This document shows positions 28,667 through 37,495 of a stretch of DNA of 64,000 nucleotides, piece by piece. The notes below the pieces were generated by a model, which saw only the letters and a list, made by a program, of their open reading frames with translations, did no database searches and had not been told where the DNA came from. The translations under genes and the position numbers were made by a program. How positions within the stretch are numbered: position 1 is the stretch's first letter; every line of letters begins with the position of its first letter. Source of the stretch: Candidatus Harrisonbacteria bacterium. GTDB lineage: Bacteria > Patescibacteriota > Minisyncoccia > UBA6257 > 1-14-0-10-40-38. The stretch is from the NCBI GenBank assembly GCA_023245035.1, contig JAHFLD010000002.1:1501-65500 (forward strand), read 5' to 3'.

Positions 28667-28960
28667 ATGGCCGAAATAACCGCTCAATCTTTGGCGCACT
28701 TGGCGAAGCTTGCCCGCCTACATCTTAATCCGGAGGAATCCGGAGTTTTGTTGCGTGATCTAAAAAAGATTCTAGATCATTTCGCGGAGCTGACGGCCAT
28801 ACCCACCGAAGGCGTGATTCCGGTTGCGGGCGGCACTGATTTGAAAAACGTGTTTCGGGAAGATGTCGCGGCTGATGCGCCGTTTTCGTCCGAGATTTTA
28901 AGACAAGCTTTTTCGGAAAGGCGTGATGATTTTTTGGCGGTTCCGCCGGTTTTTGAGTAA
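28667..28960 (+). CDS. gatC: Asp/Glu-tRNA amidotransferase subunit C
   Basis: HLAKLARL, NVFRED, VPPVF; directly upstream of gatA. Confidence 0.92.
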   Translation: MAEITAQSLAHLAKLARLHLNPEESGVLLRDLKKILDHFAELTAIPTEGVIPVAGGTDLKNVFREDVAADAPFSSEILRQAFSERRDDFLAVPPVFE

Positions 28961-29005
28961 GCTACGGATTTACGAACAGAGCGAGTGTAAAAAAATAGGG
29001 ATTCT

Positions 29006-30466
29006 ATGACTACTCTCCACAATTTAACCATTAAAAAATTTCATGAAGGGCTTAGACTTAAGGACTTTAGCGCGCTAGAAATTACCAAGGCTTATTTGGA
29101 CCATATTGACGCTCGCGATTCGGAGATTGGCGCCTATCTTTCGCTTAGCGCGAAAGAGGCATTACTACAGGCGGAGCAGGCAGATCTTGTTTTGGCGCGC
29201 GGAGAGAATCTAGCTCCGCTGGCCGGAGTGCCGTTTGGAATTAAGGACGCGATCTTGGTTCAAGGTGAGCCGGCGACATCAGGTTCAAAAATTTTGGCTG
29301 ATTATCGCGCGGCATATGACGCGACGGTGACTTCCAAGATGCGTTTGAGCGGGGCTGTTTTTTTGGGTAAGACCAATATGGATGAATTTGCCATGGGATC
29401 TTCTACCGAAAATTCGGCTTTTAAGAAGACCAAAAATCCTCATGACACATCGCGAGTTCCGGGCGGTTCTTCCGGTGGTTCGGCGGCGGCGGTGGCCGCG
29501 CACATGGCGCTCGCGGCTTTGGGATCGGATACCGGCGGATCAATTCGCCAGCCGGCGGCTTTTTGCGGAGTGGTCGGATTGAAACCGACTTACGGCGCGG
29601 TTTCTCGTTACGGTCTGACAGCGATGGCCTCCAGCTTGGATCAGATTGGTCCTATTACGCGGACGGTGGCCGATGCCGGTATTGTTTTTCGCGCCATAGC
29701 AGGACGAGATGTTAAGGACGCTACTACTGCCGACGTTTCGTATTCGGCCGAGGACTTTGAGCCAAATTTTGAAAAGTTGCGGAACATGACTTTTGGTCTT
29801 CCCGATGAGTATTTTATTGATGGTCTCGCGACTTCGGTTCGGGAGGCGATTGATCGAGTTGTCCAAATCTATAACAGTTTTGGCGTGAAGTTTAAAAAGA
29901 TTTCTTTGCCACATACCAGGTACGCGCTTTCGGATTATTACATCATTATGCCGGCGGAGGTTAGCGCCAATTTGGCTCGGTTTGATGGCTTGCGTTACGC
30001 GCCGGTCTCGGGTGTCGATCGCCATTCAAAACTGGAGGAGCTTTACGTGGCGAATCGCAGTCAGGGATTTGGGCGCGAGGCCAAGCGGAGAATTATTTTG
30101 GGAACTTTTGTGCTGTCATCGGGATATTACGACGCTTATTACGGCAAGGCGCAAAAAGTTCGCCGGTTGATTAAAAATGATTTTCTGGAGGCTTTTCGCG
30201 GGGTTGATTTGATTTTGGCGCCAACTACACCCACGCCGGCCTTTAAGCTTGGCGAGAAGGTTGAGGATCCGCTCGCGATGTATCTTTCCGATGTTTTTAC
30301 CATTCCGGCTAGTTTGGCCGGGATTCCGGCAATTTCCATTCCGGCCGCTTTGTCGCCTGGAGATTTGCCAATTGCTTTTCAGTTAATGGCGCCGCATTTT
30401 GGCGAGGCGAAACTGATTAACGCCGGCAATTATTATGAGCAGGCGGTTAGCGGTCAAGCCATATGA
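29006..30466 (+). CDS. gatA: Asp/Glu-tRNA amidotransferase subunit A
   Basis: GKTNMDEFAMGSSTE, PGGSSGGSAAAVA, GSDTGGSIRQPA, GYYDAYY. Confidence 0.97.
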   Translation: MTTLHNLTIKKFHEGLRLKDFSALEITKAYLDHIDARDSEIGAYLSLSAKEALLQAEQADLVLARGENLAPLAGVPFGIKDAILVQGEPATSGSKILADYRAAYDATVTSKMRLSGAVFLGKTNMDEFAMGSSTENSAFKKTKNPHDTSRVPGGSSGGSAAAVAAHMALAALGSDTGGSIRQPAAFCGVVGLKPTYGAVSRYGLTAMASSLDQIGPITRTVADAGIVFRAIAGRDVKDATTADVSYSAEDFEPNFEKLRNMTFGLPDEYFIDGLATSVREAIDRVVQIYNSFGVKFKKISLPHTRYALSDYYIIMPAEVSANLARFDGLRYAPVSGVDRHSKLEELYVANRSQGFGREAKRRIILGTFVLSSGYYDAYYGKAQKVRRLIKNDFLEAFRGVDLILAPTTPTPAFKLGEKVEDPLAMYLSDVFTIPASLAGIPAISIPAALSPGDLPIAFQLMAPHFGEAKLINAGNYYEQAVSGQAI

Positions 30467-30987
30467 TTCTTCTAAATTTTTTAATCAGGATTCGTGTTTT
30501 TTTTGAGCTGATTCTCGGTCCGGCTTTGCCGACGTTGAAATTAATTTCGATTTTGCTGTCGCTGGCTTTTTTGATCGCGATTATCTGGATTAGCGTTAAA
30601 GCAAAATATGTTTTCGATCTATATGATGTCTATACTCAAATTTTTCGCGGTGGGAATCTGCATCGCAAGGATTCAATTCGCGGTTGGAAAAAGGTTTTGC
30701 GTTTGATCCGCTCAAATGATTCCGCAGAATGGCGAAAGGCCTTAGAGTTGTCGGTTAGGATTTTTGACGAGGTGTTGAAATTGGCCGGTTACCGCGGAAC
30801 CAGTTTGTACGAACGTTTGGAGCAAGTCACCCCAGAGGTGGTTAAAAACATTGAGGCGCTACGGCAAGCGCATGCTTTTGCCGAGCGGGTTAGCGCCGAT
30901 CCGGCAGTAGTGATTACCAAAAAGGAGGTGGTAGGCGCGTTGCGGTCTTATCGCGAGGCCTTTCGCGATTTGCAATTACTGGATTAA
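30463..30987 (+). CDS. Membrane-anchored hypothetical protein
   Basis: TM plus a helical domain (DEVLKLAGYRGTSLYERL..AH); start overlaps the gatA stop. Confidence 0.75.
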   Translation: MILLNFLIRIRVFFELILGPALPTLKLISILLSLAFLIAIIWISVKAKYVFDLYDVYTQIFRGGNLHRKDSIRGWKKVLRLIRSNDSAEWRKALELSVRIFDEVLKLAGYRGTSLYERLEQVTPEVVKNIEALRQAHAFAERVSADPAVVITKKEVVGALRSYREAFRDLQLLD

Positions 30988-31706
30988 ATTCCGGCGAGTT
31001 TAATGGCGATATAGAGGACGGCAACTCCCAAAATAGTCATGAAGGTGGTCAGATGGCGCGGGTGATTGTGATAGCTTTCGGGGAGCAGGTCGCTGGTTCC
31101 AATATAAAGAAAGAAGCCACAAAAAATAGCCAGAATGACGCCCAAGATTTCCGCCGGGACACTCCAAAAAAGAGTGGAGACGGCGCCAACAACCGGAGTT
31201 ACGGCATCAATCATTAGCCAGCGAATCGCCTTGGCGCGACTACCTTGATTTTTGAGCACCAGATTTACGGTGTTGAGGCCGTCCGAAAAATCATGGACTA
31301 AAACCGCGGTGGCGATGACCGCGCCGACGGCGTTTGAAACCTGAAAAGCAAGACCGATCGCGATACCATCTAGCAGGCTGTGAATAGAGAGGCTACCGGC
31401 GCCGAGAGTTCCGCGGTGGCTGTGGTGTTTTTCTCCCTCTTCGTCGTGATGGGCATAGAGCATCACGACGCGATCCAAGACCATGAAGACCAAATAGCCC
31501 AGGGCGATGATGGAGGTGATGGCGCTGACACCAAATCGTTCGCCACCCAATTCTATGGCTTCGGGCAGGAGGTCAAAAAAAGTAACGCCGATAATGGCGC
31601 CGGCGCTGAATCCAAGAACCAAGTGAAGCTTGTCTTTAAATTTTAGGGCAAACAGGCCGCCTAAAAAGGTGGTGACGACCGTGGCTAAGCCGAGAATAAT
31701 AACCAT
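30984..31706 (-). CDS. ZIP family metal (zinc) transporter
   Basis: LGFSAG, DLLPEA, His-rich loop, HSLLDG, HDFSDG, DLLPE. Confidence 0.9.
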   Translation of the reverse strand: MVIILGLATVVTTFLGGLFALKFKDKLHLVLGFSAGAIIGVTFFDLLPEAIELGGERFGVSAITSIIALGYLVFMVLDRVVMLYAHHDEEGEKHHSHRGTLGAGSLSIHSLLDGIAIGLAFQVSNAVGAVIATAVLVHDFSDGLNTVNLVLKNQGSRAKAIRWLMIDAVTPVVGAVSTLFWSVPAEILGVILAIFCGFFLYIGTSDLLPESYHNHPRHLTTFMTILGVAVLYIAIKLAGI

Positions 31707-31745
31707 GGGTTTTGTCTTTAGCTTCTAAATATTTTGCCTTTTTTG

Positions 31746-31870
31746 GGCGCGGACGACCGGATTTTCACCTCACTTCGTTCTTTAAGAACCCACGGTTCTT
31801 AATCTTTTCCTTCACGGAGGGGACGCAGTTGCTTCCCCTCCGACCCACCCCTCTTTCAAATTCGGTCGAC
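31746..31870 (-). mobile_element. Family B element behind tRNA-Asp, with tRNA 3'-end duplication
   Basis: 19-bp direct repeat 31746-31764 = 31897-31915; inverted T-arm copy 31855-31868 (13/14); GGGTCGG core with two hairpins. Mobility is inferred. Confidence 0.6.
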
Positions 31871-31895
31871 TTTTGCTTTGTGATTTTGTCTTTTT

Positions 31896-31973
31896 TGGCG
31901 CGGACGACCGGATTTGAACCGGCGATCTCTACCGTGACAGGGTAGCGCTTTGGACCAGCTAAGCTACGTCCGC
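31896..31973 (-). tRNA. tRNA-Asp(GTC)
   Basis: Acceptor GCGGACG/CGTCCGC, anticodon arm CTACC-CTGTCAC-GGTAG, encoded GCCA. Confidence 0.95.
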
Positions 31974-32066
31974 ATAGATGATAGTATTGCAGTATTGGAA
32001 TATTTTTTCAATTCTTGGCATTGCGTATCAGAATATCGTAGCTATAAGTCCATGGATTGGTTGCCT

Positions 32067-33368
32067 TCAACTGAGATTTTTTACCAGTTTTTTGAAATAA
32101 AGGCCGCGTTCTTTAGCGTTGTGAAATTCGTCAAAACTGGCCGAGGCGGGGGAGAGCAGGACGACAATGTTAGAATTTTTGGGGTTTAGGGCGATTTCTT
32201 TTTTAGCCAGGGCATAACCAGAGACGAGGGCGGCGGCTAGATTTTTGCGCGAGCTGATTTTTTGCGACAACCTGGCGGCGGTGAGTTCTTTTAAGATTTT
32301 TTGCTGATTTTCTCCATAGAGTATGATTTTTGAGACTGAGCTTTTTTTAATCACTCGCGCCAATTCTAGGTAGCTAAGATTTTTGTCTTTGCCGCCGAGA
32401 AGTAGAATCGTCGACTGATTTTGAGCGCGGATGGCGGCCATGGTACTACCCGGGTTGGTGGCGGCCGAGTCGTTGATGAATTTTATCGCGCTGTTTTTGG
32501 TTTTGATTTGACGGACAAGTTCCAGCCGGTGCTCCAGTCCTTTGAAGTTTTCAACGACCCTTTGAATCGTGGTTTCCGGAACATTTAAATAACGGCAGAC
32601 TGCCGCGGCAAGAGTCAGATTTTTTCGCGGAGTGTTTTCATCGGGTGTTATCGGATGGCGTTCGGCCGGACTTTGCTTCAAAACCCGGATGACATTTTTA
32701 TTGTCGGCGAAGAAAAAGACCGGCTGATTGGTGGATTGAAAGGCGGTGAGGTTTGATTTGGCTTTAAAATATTCCCCAAGGCTTCGGTGATTGTCTAGGT
32801 GATCGGGAAATATATCCACGAAGACCGCGATATCGGGCGAGGTTTGGAGATCCTGAAGTTGAAAGCTAGAGAGTTCCAAGACGATGATTTTTGGAACTGG
32901 CTTGGCTTGCAGGAGATCCAGCATGGGGATTCCGATGTTGCCGGCGAGCGCGGATTTTTTGCCGGCGCTCCGCAGTATTTGGTGAATAACAGTGCTTGTG
33001 GTGCTCTTGCCCTTGGTGCCGCTCACGCCAATTAAAAGCGGTTGGGGATTTTTCCGGCGAATTTCCTCAAAAAATATTTTGGTGGCGCTGGTCAGGGTCG
33101 CGCCGTTTTTTGCGGCCGCTTGAAGCTCCGGCGTGTTGAACGGAAGACCAGGCGAGCGGATGATTAGGTTATAGTTAGCGATGTCGGAGAGATAGTCTTT
33201 GCCGACGCGCAGTTTTATTTTTTTGGCCAGGGCCGGCGGAATTGCTTTGGATATTTTGGGGTCTCGGTCAAGAATAAAAATTTCGGCCGGGCGGTAGATC
33301 GGATGAGACAAGAGAAAACGCAGAGCTGATTTTCCTTCGGCGCCGAAGCCGGCGATAGCTATTTTCAT
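32067..33368 (-). CDS. murD: UDP-N-acetylmuramoyl-L-alanine--D-glutamate ligase
   Basis: RSPG, GTKGKSTT, LELSSFQL, DHLD.H, HRLE, NDSAATN, LLSPASASFDEF...ERG. Confidence 0.95.
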   Translation of the reverse strand: MKIAIAGFGAEGKSALRFLLSHPIYRPAEIFILDRDPKISKAIPPALAKKIKLRVGKDYLSDIANYNLIIRSPGLPFNTPELQAAAKNGATLTSATKIFFEEIRRKNPQPLLIGVSGTKGKSTTSTVIHQILRSAGKKSALAGNIGIPMLDLLQAKPVPKIIVLELSSFQLQDLQTSPDIAVFVDIFPDHLDNHRSLGEYFKAKSNLTAFQSTNQPVFFFADNKNVIRVLKQSPAERHPITPDENTPRKNLTLAAAVCRYLNVPETTIQRVVENFKGLEHRLELVRQIKTKNSAIKFINDSAATNPGSTMAAIRAQNQSTILLLGGKDKNLSYLELARVIKKSSVSKIILYGENQQKILKELTAARLSQKISSRKNLAAALVSGYALAKKEIALNPKNSNIVVLLSPASASFDEFHNAKERGLYFKKLVKNLS

Positions 33369-33440
33369 GGGTTTAGTATAGGTGCTCCACACTCAAGGTT
33401 TCAAGGTTTGGGATTATCTTGCATGGGTATTTTGGAATAC

Positions 33441-33504
33441 CCCTCGACTACGCTCGGGGTTATATGCGCTTCATCCCCGGCCTAAAACGGCCGGAGTTTG
33501 CTGA
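33441..33504. repeat. Adjacent REP-like and IS200/IS605-end-like hairpins
   Basis: ccctcgactacgctcgggg followed by ttcatccccggcctaaaacggccggag; no transposase nearby. Confidence 0.45.
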
Positions 33505-33529
33505 TGTTGCGCATATAAAAAAACCCGGC

Positions 33530-34294
33530 TTAAAGCCGGGTTGAGCGACGACTGAGTCGTACTCTTTCTAACCAACCTTCAATTTCTCGCAGAGCGACGA
33601 ACTCCGGCGTGTTCGGGTTGACGCCATCTTCGTGAGTTCCAAAAATGCTCTTGTGGGTGAAGTTTTGAGCCGTGATCAGAGTTCTTCCTTGCGCCTTAGT
33701 GGCGGCATCAAAATACATTTGCGGTATTTCGCGCGGAACCACTTCATCGGCGCCCCACTGGAGAACGAGCAATTTTCCATTGAACCCGGCCATGTTGTCC
33801 CAGGCATCAGAATCTTGCCAGCTTCCTTCTCGCCGAATGGCTTCGGTGAACTTGGAGCCGAACGGAATTTTCTCCGCCACAACTTTTTTGTCGTAGGCGG
33901 CCGGCGCCACCAGAATCAGGGTGTCGTCTTTTCCCAGAAGATCAACTAAGTGACTCGCGATATAGCCGCCCATGCTTTCGGCCACGATTACGACTTCGGG
34001 GGGATCGTATTCGTCTTGGAGTTTGGTCAAGTTGGCGCGGGCATCATCAACCCGCGTGTGCAGTCCGCTAACCGAGAAATCTTCGCCTTGGTTCATGCCT
34101 CGAAAATCAAAGGCCGCGATTAAGCCGCCCTTGGTTAACCTTGCGATCTCCATCATGGTCGGCAGAGTCTTGCCACGCCGATTATTGCGCGATCCACCGT
34201 AAAGCGGTACCAGCAAACGAGTGACCTTCTTCGGACTGACGTTGTCAAACATGAGCAACAACTGACCGTTCTTTTCCACTCCCTGGATTTGCAT
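33530..34294 (-). CDS. Alpha/beta hydrolase
   Basis: AFDFRG, nucleophile elbow AESMGG, LILVAPA, D.VVP, late His. It has its own TTGACA promoter, SD and terminator. Confidence 0.8.
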   Translation of the reverse strand: MQIQGVEKNGQLLLMFDNVSPKKVTRLLVPLYGGSRNNRRGKTLPTMMEIARLTKGGLIAAFDFRGMNQGEDFSVSGLHTRVDDARANLTKLQDEYDPPEVVIVAESMGGYIASHLVDLLGKDDTLILVAPAAYDKKVVAEKIPFGSKFTEAIRREGSWQDSDAWDNMAGFNGKLLVLQWGADEVVPREIPQMYFDAATKAQGRTLITAQNFTHKSIFGTHEDGVNPNTPEFVALREIEGWLERVRLSRRSTRL

Positions 34295-34429
34295 GCGTTA
34301 GCTCCCGATGAGGACGGCGCGCATTCATTTTGAAAGAGCCACGTGCATTCTTCCATATCGTTTACACGATGTCAAAATTAAGATATACTCCTGGCTGTCG
34401 CCAAGCTTAGTTTTTGGCGGCGCTTTTAT

Positions 34430-34503
34430 CCCGGGGTAGAGCAGCCCGGTAGCTCGTCTGGCTCATAACCAGAAGGTCGCAGGTTCAAATCCTGCCCCCG
34501 GAA
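34430..34503 (+). tRNA. Initiator tRNA-fMet(CAT)
   Basis: C1:A72 mismatch, GAGC/GCTC D-stem (A11:U24), anticodon arm TCTGG-CTCATAA-CCAGA, TTCAAAT T-loop. Confidence 0.92.
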
Positions 34504-34590
34504 CAAGGGATAAGTTTTCGCACAGGCGGTTTTTTGGATCGGCGCTATGCTGGGCGTAGGACTTTAAAATTTTTATGAAGGAGTTTTGGA

Positions 34591-35514
34591 ATGAGACTTT
34601 TTAAAACTCGCGCCGCGAAGTGGCTTTTGGTTTTTTTTATTGGTTTGGGGTTTGTTGCTTTGTGCGGAGTTCGTTTTTTTACGGTTGATGCTCGGACTCC
34701 GGTGAGCGTGGCCGCGGGTTATATTCAAGCCAAGCGCGGGGACAGTTGGTGGCTTACTTTGGCTCCAACGCTTTTCTCTGACGAGGATATTTTAAGGTTG
34801 CGGTCACGGCATCAGGGAATTGTGGACGCCATGCATAAATTTCGAGATCTTTCGCCGCAGACGCGAGAGTTGGCGGGGCTTTTACCGCGAGTTGTGCCGA
34901 TGGTGGCGTTAGCCGGTGGTTCGGCCGAATGCTTGCTTCGCGGGGAGAAGGATGGCTTGTTGCCGGCTGGAGCGATTGAGTTTTGCTATATTCCGCGAGA
35001 TTTTGTTGGGGAACATGCCTATCGGTTTTATTGCCGACATGATTGGCCGGCGGTTATAGCTGTCGCACTGGACTATCCGCAATTAGTGGCCGCGGCGCTT
35101 TTTTTCCACGAATTGGGACATTTGGCTTCGAAGTTCGATTGGCATATTTCCAGTTTGGAAGCGGAGCTCAATCCCAAGGTATTAAGCGAGGAGGTTCGGC
35201 TCTACGAGTTGGAGACATTAATTTTTGACGCGGGGACTGGCGGATCTTTTAGCCGTTTTTTGGATGAGGTGCTGGCGCGAGAGCCGATAAGTAGCAAGCG
35301 CGAAGCAGTTCTCGCGCTGACTGCTTCCGACATGAAGCATCTGGATCAATTGTTGGCCGCGGGTGATTCGGGTTACTTGATGGGAGCGATACTGGCGTTT
35401 CGTTATCAGATGGCGATTGGTTTGCGTTATTTGCGAGTAGCAGGAGTGGGGGATTTTGATAGCGAAGCGCTGGCTCTTTACCGCTGGATCGCGGGTGCAG
35501 TTGAGCAGAAATAA
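34591..35514 (+). CDS. Membrane-anchored hypothetical protein with HExxH motif
   Basis: AAGGAG SD, N-terminal TM, FFHELGH...SEE; terminator at 35514-35539. Confidence 0.7.
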   Translation: MRLFKTRAAKWLLVFFIGLGFVALCGVRFFTVDARTPVSVAAGYIQAKRGDSWWLTLAPTLFSDEDILRLRSRHQGIVDAMHKFRDLSPQTRELAGLLPRVVPMVALAGGSAECLLRGEKDGLLPAGAIEFCYIPRDFVGEHAYRFYCRHDWPAVIAVALDYPQLVAAALFFHELGHLASKFDWHISSLEAELNPKVLSEEVRLYELETLIFDAGTGGSFSRFLDEVLAREPISSKREAVLALTASDMKHLDQLLAAGDSGYLMGAILAFRYQMAIGLRYLRVAGVGDFDSEALALYRWIAGAVEQK

Positions 35515-35583
35515 ACCGGTCTTAATGGGCCGGTTTTTTGCGCGTTTTCCAAAAATCTAATATGCTGTTCTGGTGCTTAATTT

Positions 35584-35655
35584 GCCGACGTAGCTCAGTG
35601 GTAGAGCGGACGTTTCATAAGCGTTAGGTCGCAGGTTCGATCCCTGCCGTCGGCA
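35584..35655 (+). tRNA. tRNA with CAT anticodon (elongator Met; Ile2 not excluded)
   Basis: Acceptor GCCGACG/CGTCGGC, anticodon arm GACGT-TTCATAA-GCGTT; no encoded CCA. Confidence 0.9.
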
Positions 35656-35707
35656 CAAAAAGAAAATTGGGTAGCTTGTCTACCCGGTTTTCTTTTTAAT
35701 GTTTTGA

Positions 35708-35819
35708 GGCAGGGATCGAACGGGAAAGGGGTCGGGAAACGGTAGTTTCCCGTGGTGGAAATATTAAAACCGCATGGTTTTAAAAGCGAAGCGCGTGAGA
35801 TTCCCTGCCGTCGGCACCA
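35708..35819 (+). mobile_element. Family B element behind tRNA-CAT, with tRNA 3'-end duplication
   Basis: 35708-35721 is the reverse complement of tRNA 35635-35648; 35802-35817 = 35641-35656; the 30-bp core is identical to 42417-42446. Mobility is inferred. Confidence 0.65.
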
Positions 35820-36029
35820 CGTAGGGAAGATTGATGCCTCGCGCGGGCTTTGCCTTGTATAGCGCACTGAAGTTGTGTGTATTCTTCAAGCTTTGCGTAC
35901 ATTCTTCAAGCGTTGTTGACAATCAGGCATTTATTTGCTATCCTACAAAAGGATAAGCCATAGTGGCTTATTCGCTTCACTTAGCGATCTTGGGACCACT
36001 CAAGACGCAAAGAAGAAAGGAGCAGAGTC

Positions 36030-36476
36030 GTGTCAAGTCTAGTTCTTTTGAATCGCGACGGAAACGTTGCCCGCAAGCTCCAGCTGGTCTCTCTGCCGAA
36101 CGATTACGTCGTTCCGGAGGGGATGATTGTAAGCTGGAAAACGGAGCTTCGCGCTTCTTCCACGGATCCGTTTGCTCGATGGCGCGCTCCTTCTGAGCCG
36201 ATTGAGGCTTTTTTCTATCTTGGCAACGCGCAAGGGCAAGTGTCTCGGAGCGGATTCAGGGAGGTTGAGCGTGGTGCGGAAAACCGTCCCACGAGATTCT
36301 GTGTTCGGGATCTGGTCGTCACCGTGCAGGGCGTTTCCGCGAAGAACGTGATGGAGTTGCGTGACCGCGTCATGGACATCATCAATTCGGGAATCGGCTG
36401 GAATGTCAGCAACGACCTGAATCCCAAGCCGAAGCTTGGAATTTTGTCGAGGTTCAAGAAGTTGTTGGGGCATTAG
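36030..36476 (+). CDS. Hypothetical protein
   Basis: TTGACA...TATCCT promoter (35916-35944), AAGGAG SD, GTG start, terminator ~36493-36531. Confidence 0.65.
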   Translation: MSSLVLLNRDGNVARKLQLVSLPNDYVVPEGMIVSWKTELRASSTDPFARWRAPSEPIEAFFYLGNAQGQVSRSGFREVERGAENRPTRFCVRDLVVTVQGVSAKNVMELRDRVMDIINSGIGWNVSNDLNPKPKLGILSRFKKLLGH

Positions 36477-36636
36477 ACCGCCACTCCCAACCGGGCCGCT
36501 TAGTAGCGAAAGCGAACAGCGGCCTTTTTTTGAATTTCAAGAAAATTGGCACAATTCTGGACAAGTTCCTTTCTTGACTTTTTTACTATCTATAACGTAC
36601 TATCGTTCTTAGTTCCTTTTTTCAATGGAGGTTTCT

Positions 36637-36993
36637 ATGTGGCAGATGACTTACCTCGTTGCGAAAACTCGGGAAGGATTCAAGAAGGATTGGCCGAGCA
36701 AGTTTTTTGTTGCCGTGCTTTTAGTCGCCTACTATTTTCCGGTTTTCAAGCTGATTGACGCCGGGGTTCTGGCCAAGGACTCGCTTTTGCAACTAGGCCT
36801 AACCTTTAGCATCATGGTTGGCTTTGTAGCCTACTTGGCCCTCGCCTACATCCTAGGGATCGGTTTTCCGCGGTCGCTGAAGACTTTGCGTAATCATCTT
36901 GTGACCTTAGTCTACGGCGTTATTTCTCCGGTTGCTCTTTTCGCCTGGCTTGTGTTTTTTTGCCGCGATGGTTATTACGTGAACAGAGTTTAG
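36637..36993 (+). CDS. Small three-TM membrane protein
   Basis: GGAGGT SD before ATG 36637; terminator gcccgc-tttcgta-gcgggc plus T-tract. Confidence 0.65.
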   Translation: MWQMTYLVAKTREGFKKDWPSKFFVAVLLVAYYFPVFKLIDAGVLAKDSLLQLGLTFSIMVGFVAYLALAYILGIGFPRSLKTLRNHLVTLVYGVISPVALFAWLVFFCRDGYYVNRV

Positions 36994-37071
36994 TCGGTGG
37001 TTCGCGTGTGCCCGCTTTCGTAGCGGGCGCTTTTTTTGCTTTTTTATGATAGTCTTTTCCTGCGGATTAGA

Positions 37072-37374
37072 ATGAAAATACTTATTAATTCATCGGCGCA
37101 GAAGCCGAAAAATATCAATCTGATTTTGCGCCAAGCCGGTTATCATCCGGAAGTTAAACAGCGCACCGGCGAGTTGTCTTTTGTGCGGAGCGCCACCGGA
37201 CGGCCGTTTCCCAGATTCCATGTTTATGTGGACGAGGTGCCCGAAGGCTGGATGGTGAATTTGCATTTGGATCAAAAACAGCCGACTTACGAGGGAAGTT
37301 CGGCGCATAATGGCGAATATGAGGGGGTGATTATAGAGGAGGAGGCGAGGCGCATTAAATGGGCGGGGAGGTAG
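37072..37374 (+). CDS. Conserved-looking hypothetical protein
   Basis: LRQAGY, FPRFHVY, NLHLDQK.P.Y.G..AHNGEY.G..EE..RI. Confidence 0.7.
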   Translation: MKILINSSAQKPKNINLILRQAGYHPEVKQRTGELSFVRSATGRPFPRFHVYVDEVPEGWMVNLHLDQKQPTYEGSSAHNGEYEGVIIEEEARRIKWAGR

Positions 37375-37495
37375 TCTTTTTGGTTTGGTGCTCGGCTTTG
37401 TCTCGAATCTCAACTCGCGCAATTCAAAGGCAAAATCTGGTTTGCCAAGCTTTCGCTTTGGCCGATTTTTTGCTAGGTTTTATGGATAGAGTTTT

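Noticed and set aside
31746-35819. tRNA 3'-end duplications as prophage or island attL/attR sites
   Set aside because: The repeats enclose only ~130-145 bp, there is no integrase, and the same layout occurs at protein-coding rplK. Reported as family B instead.
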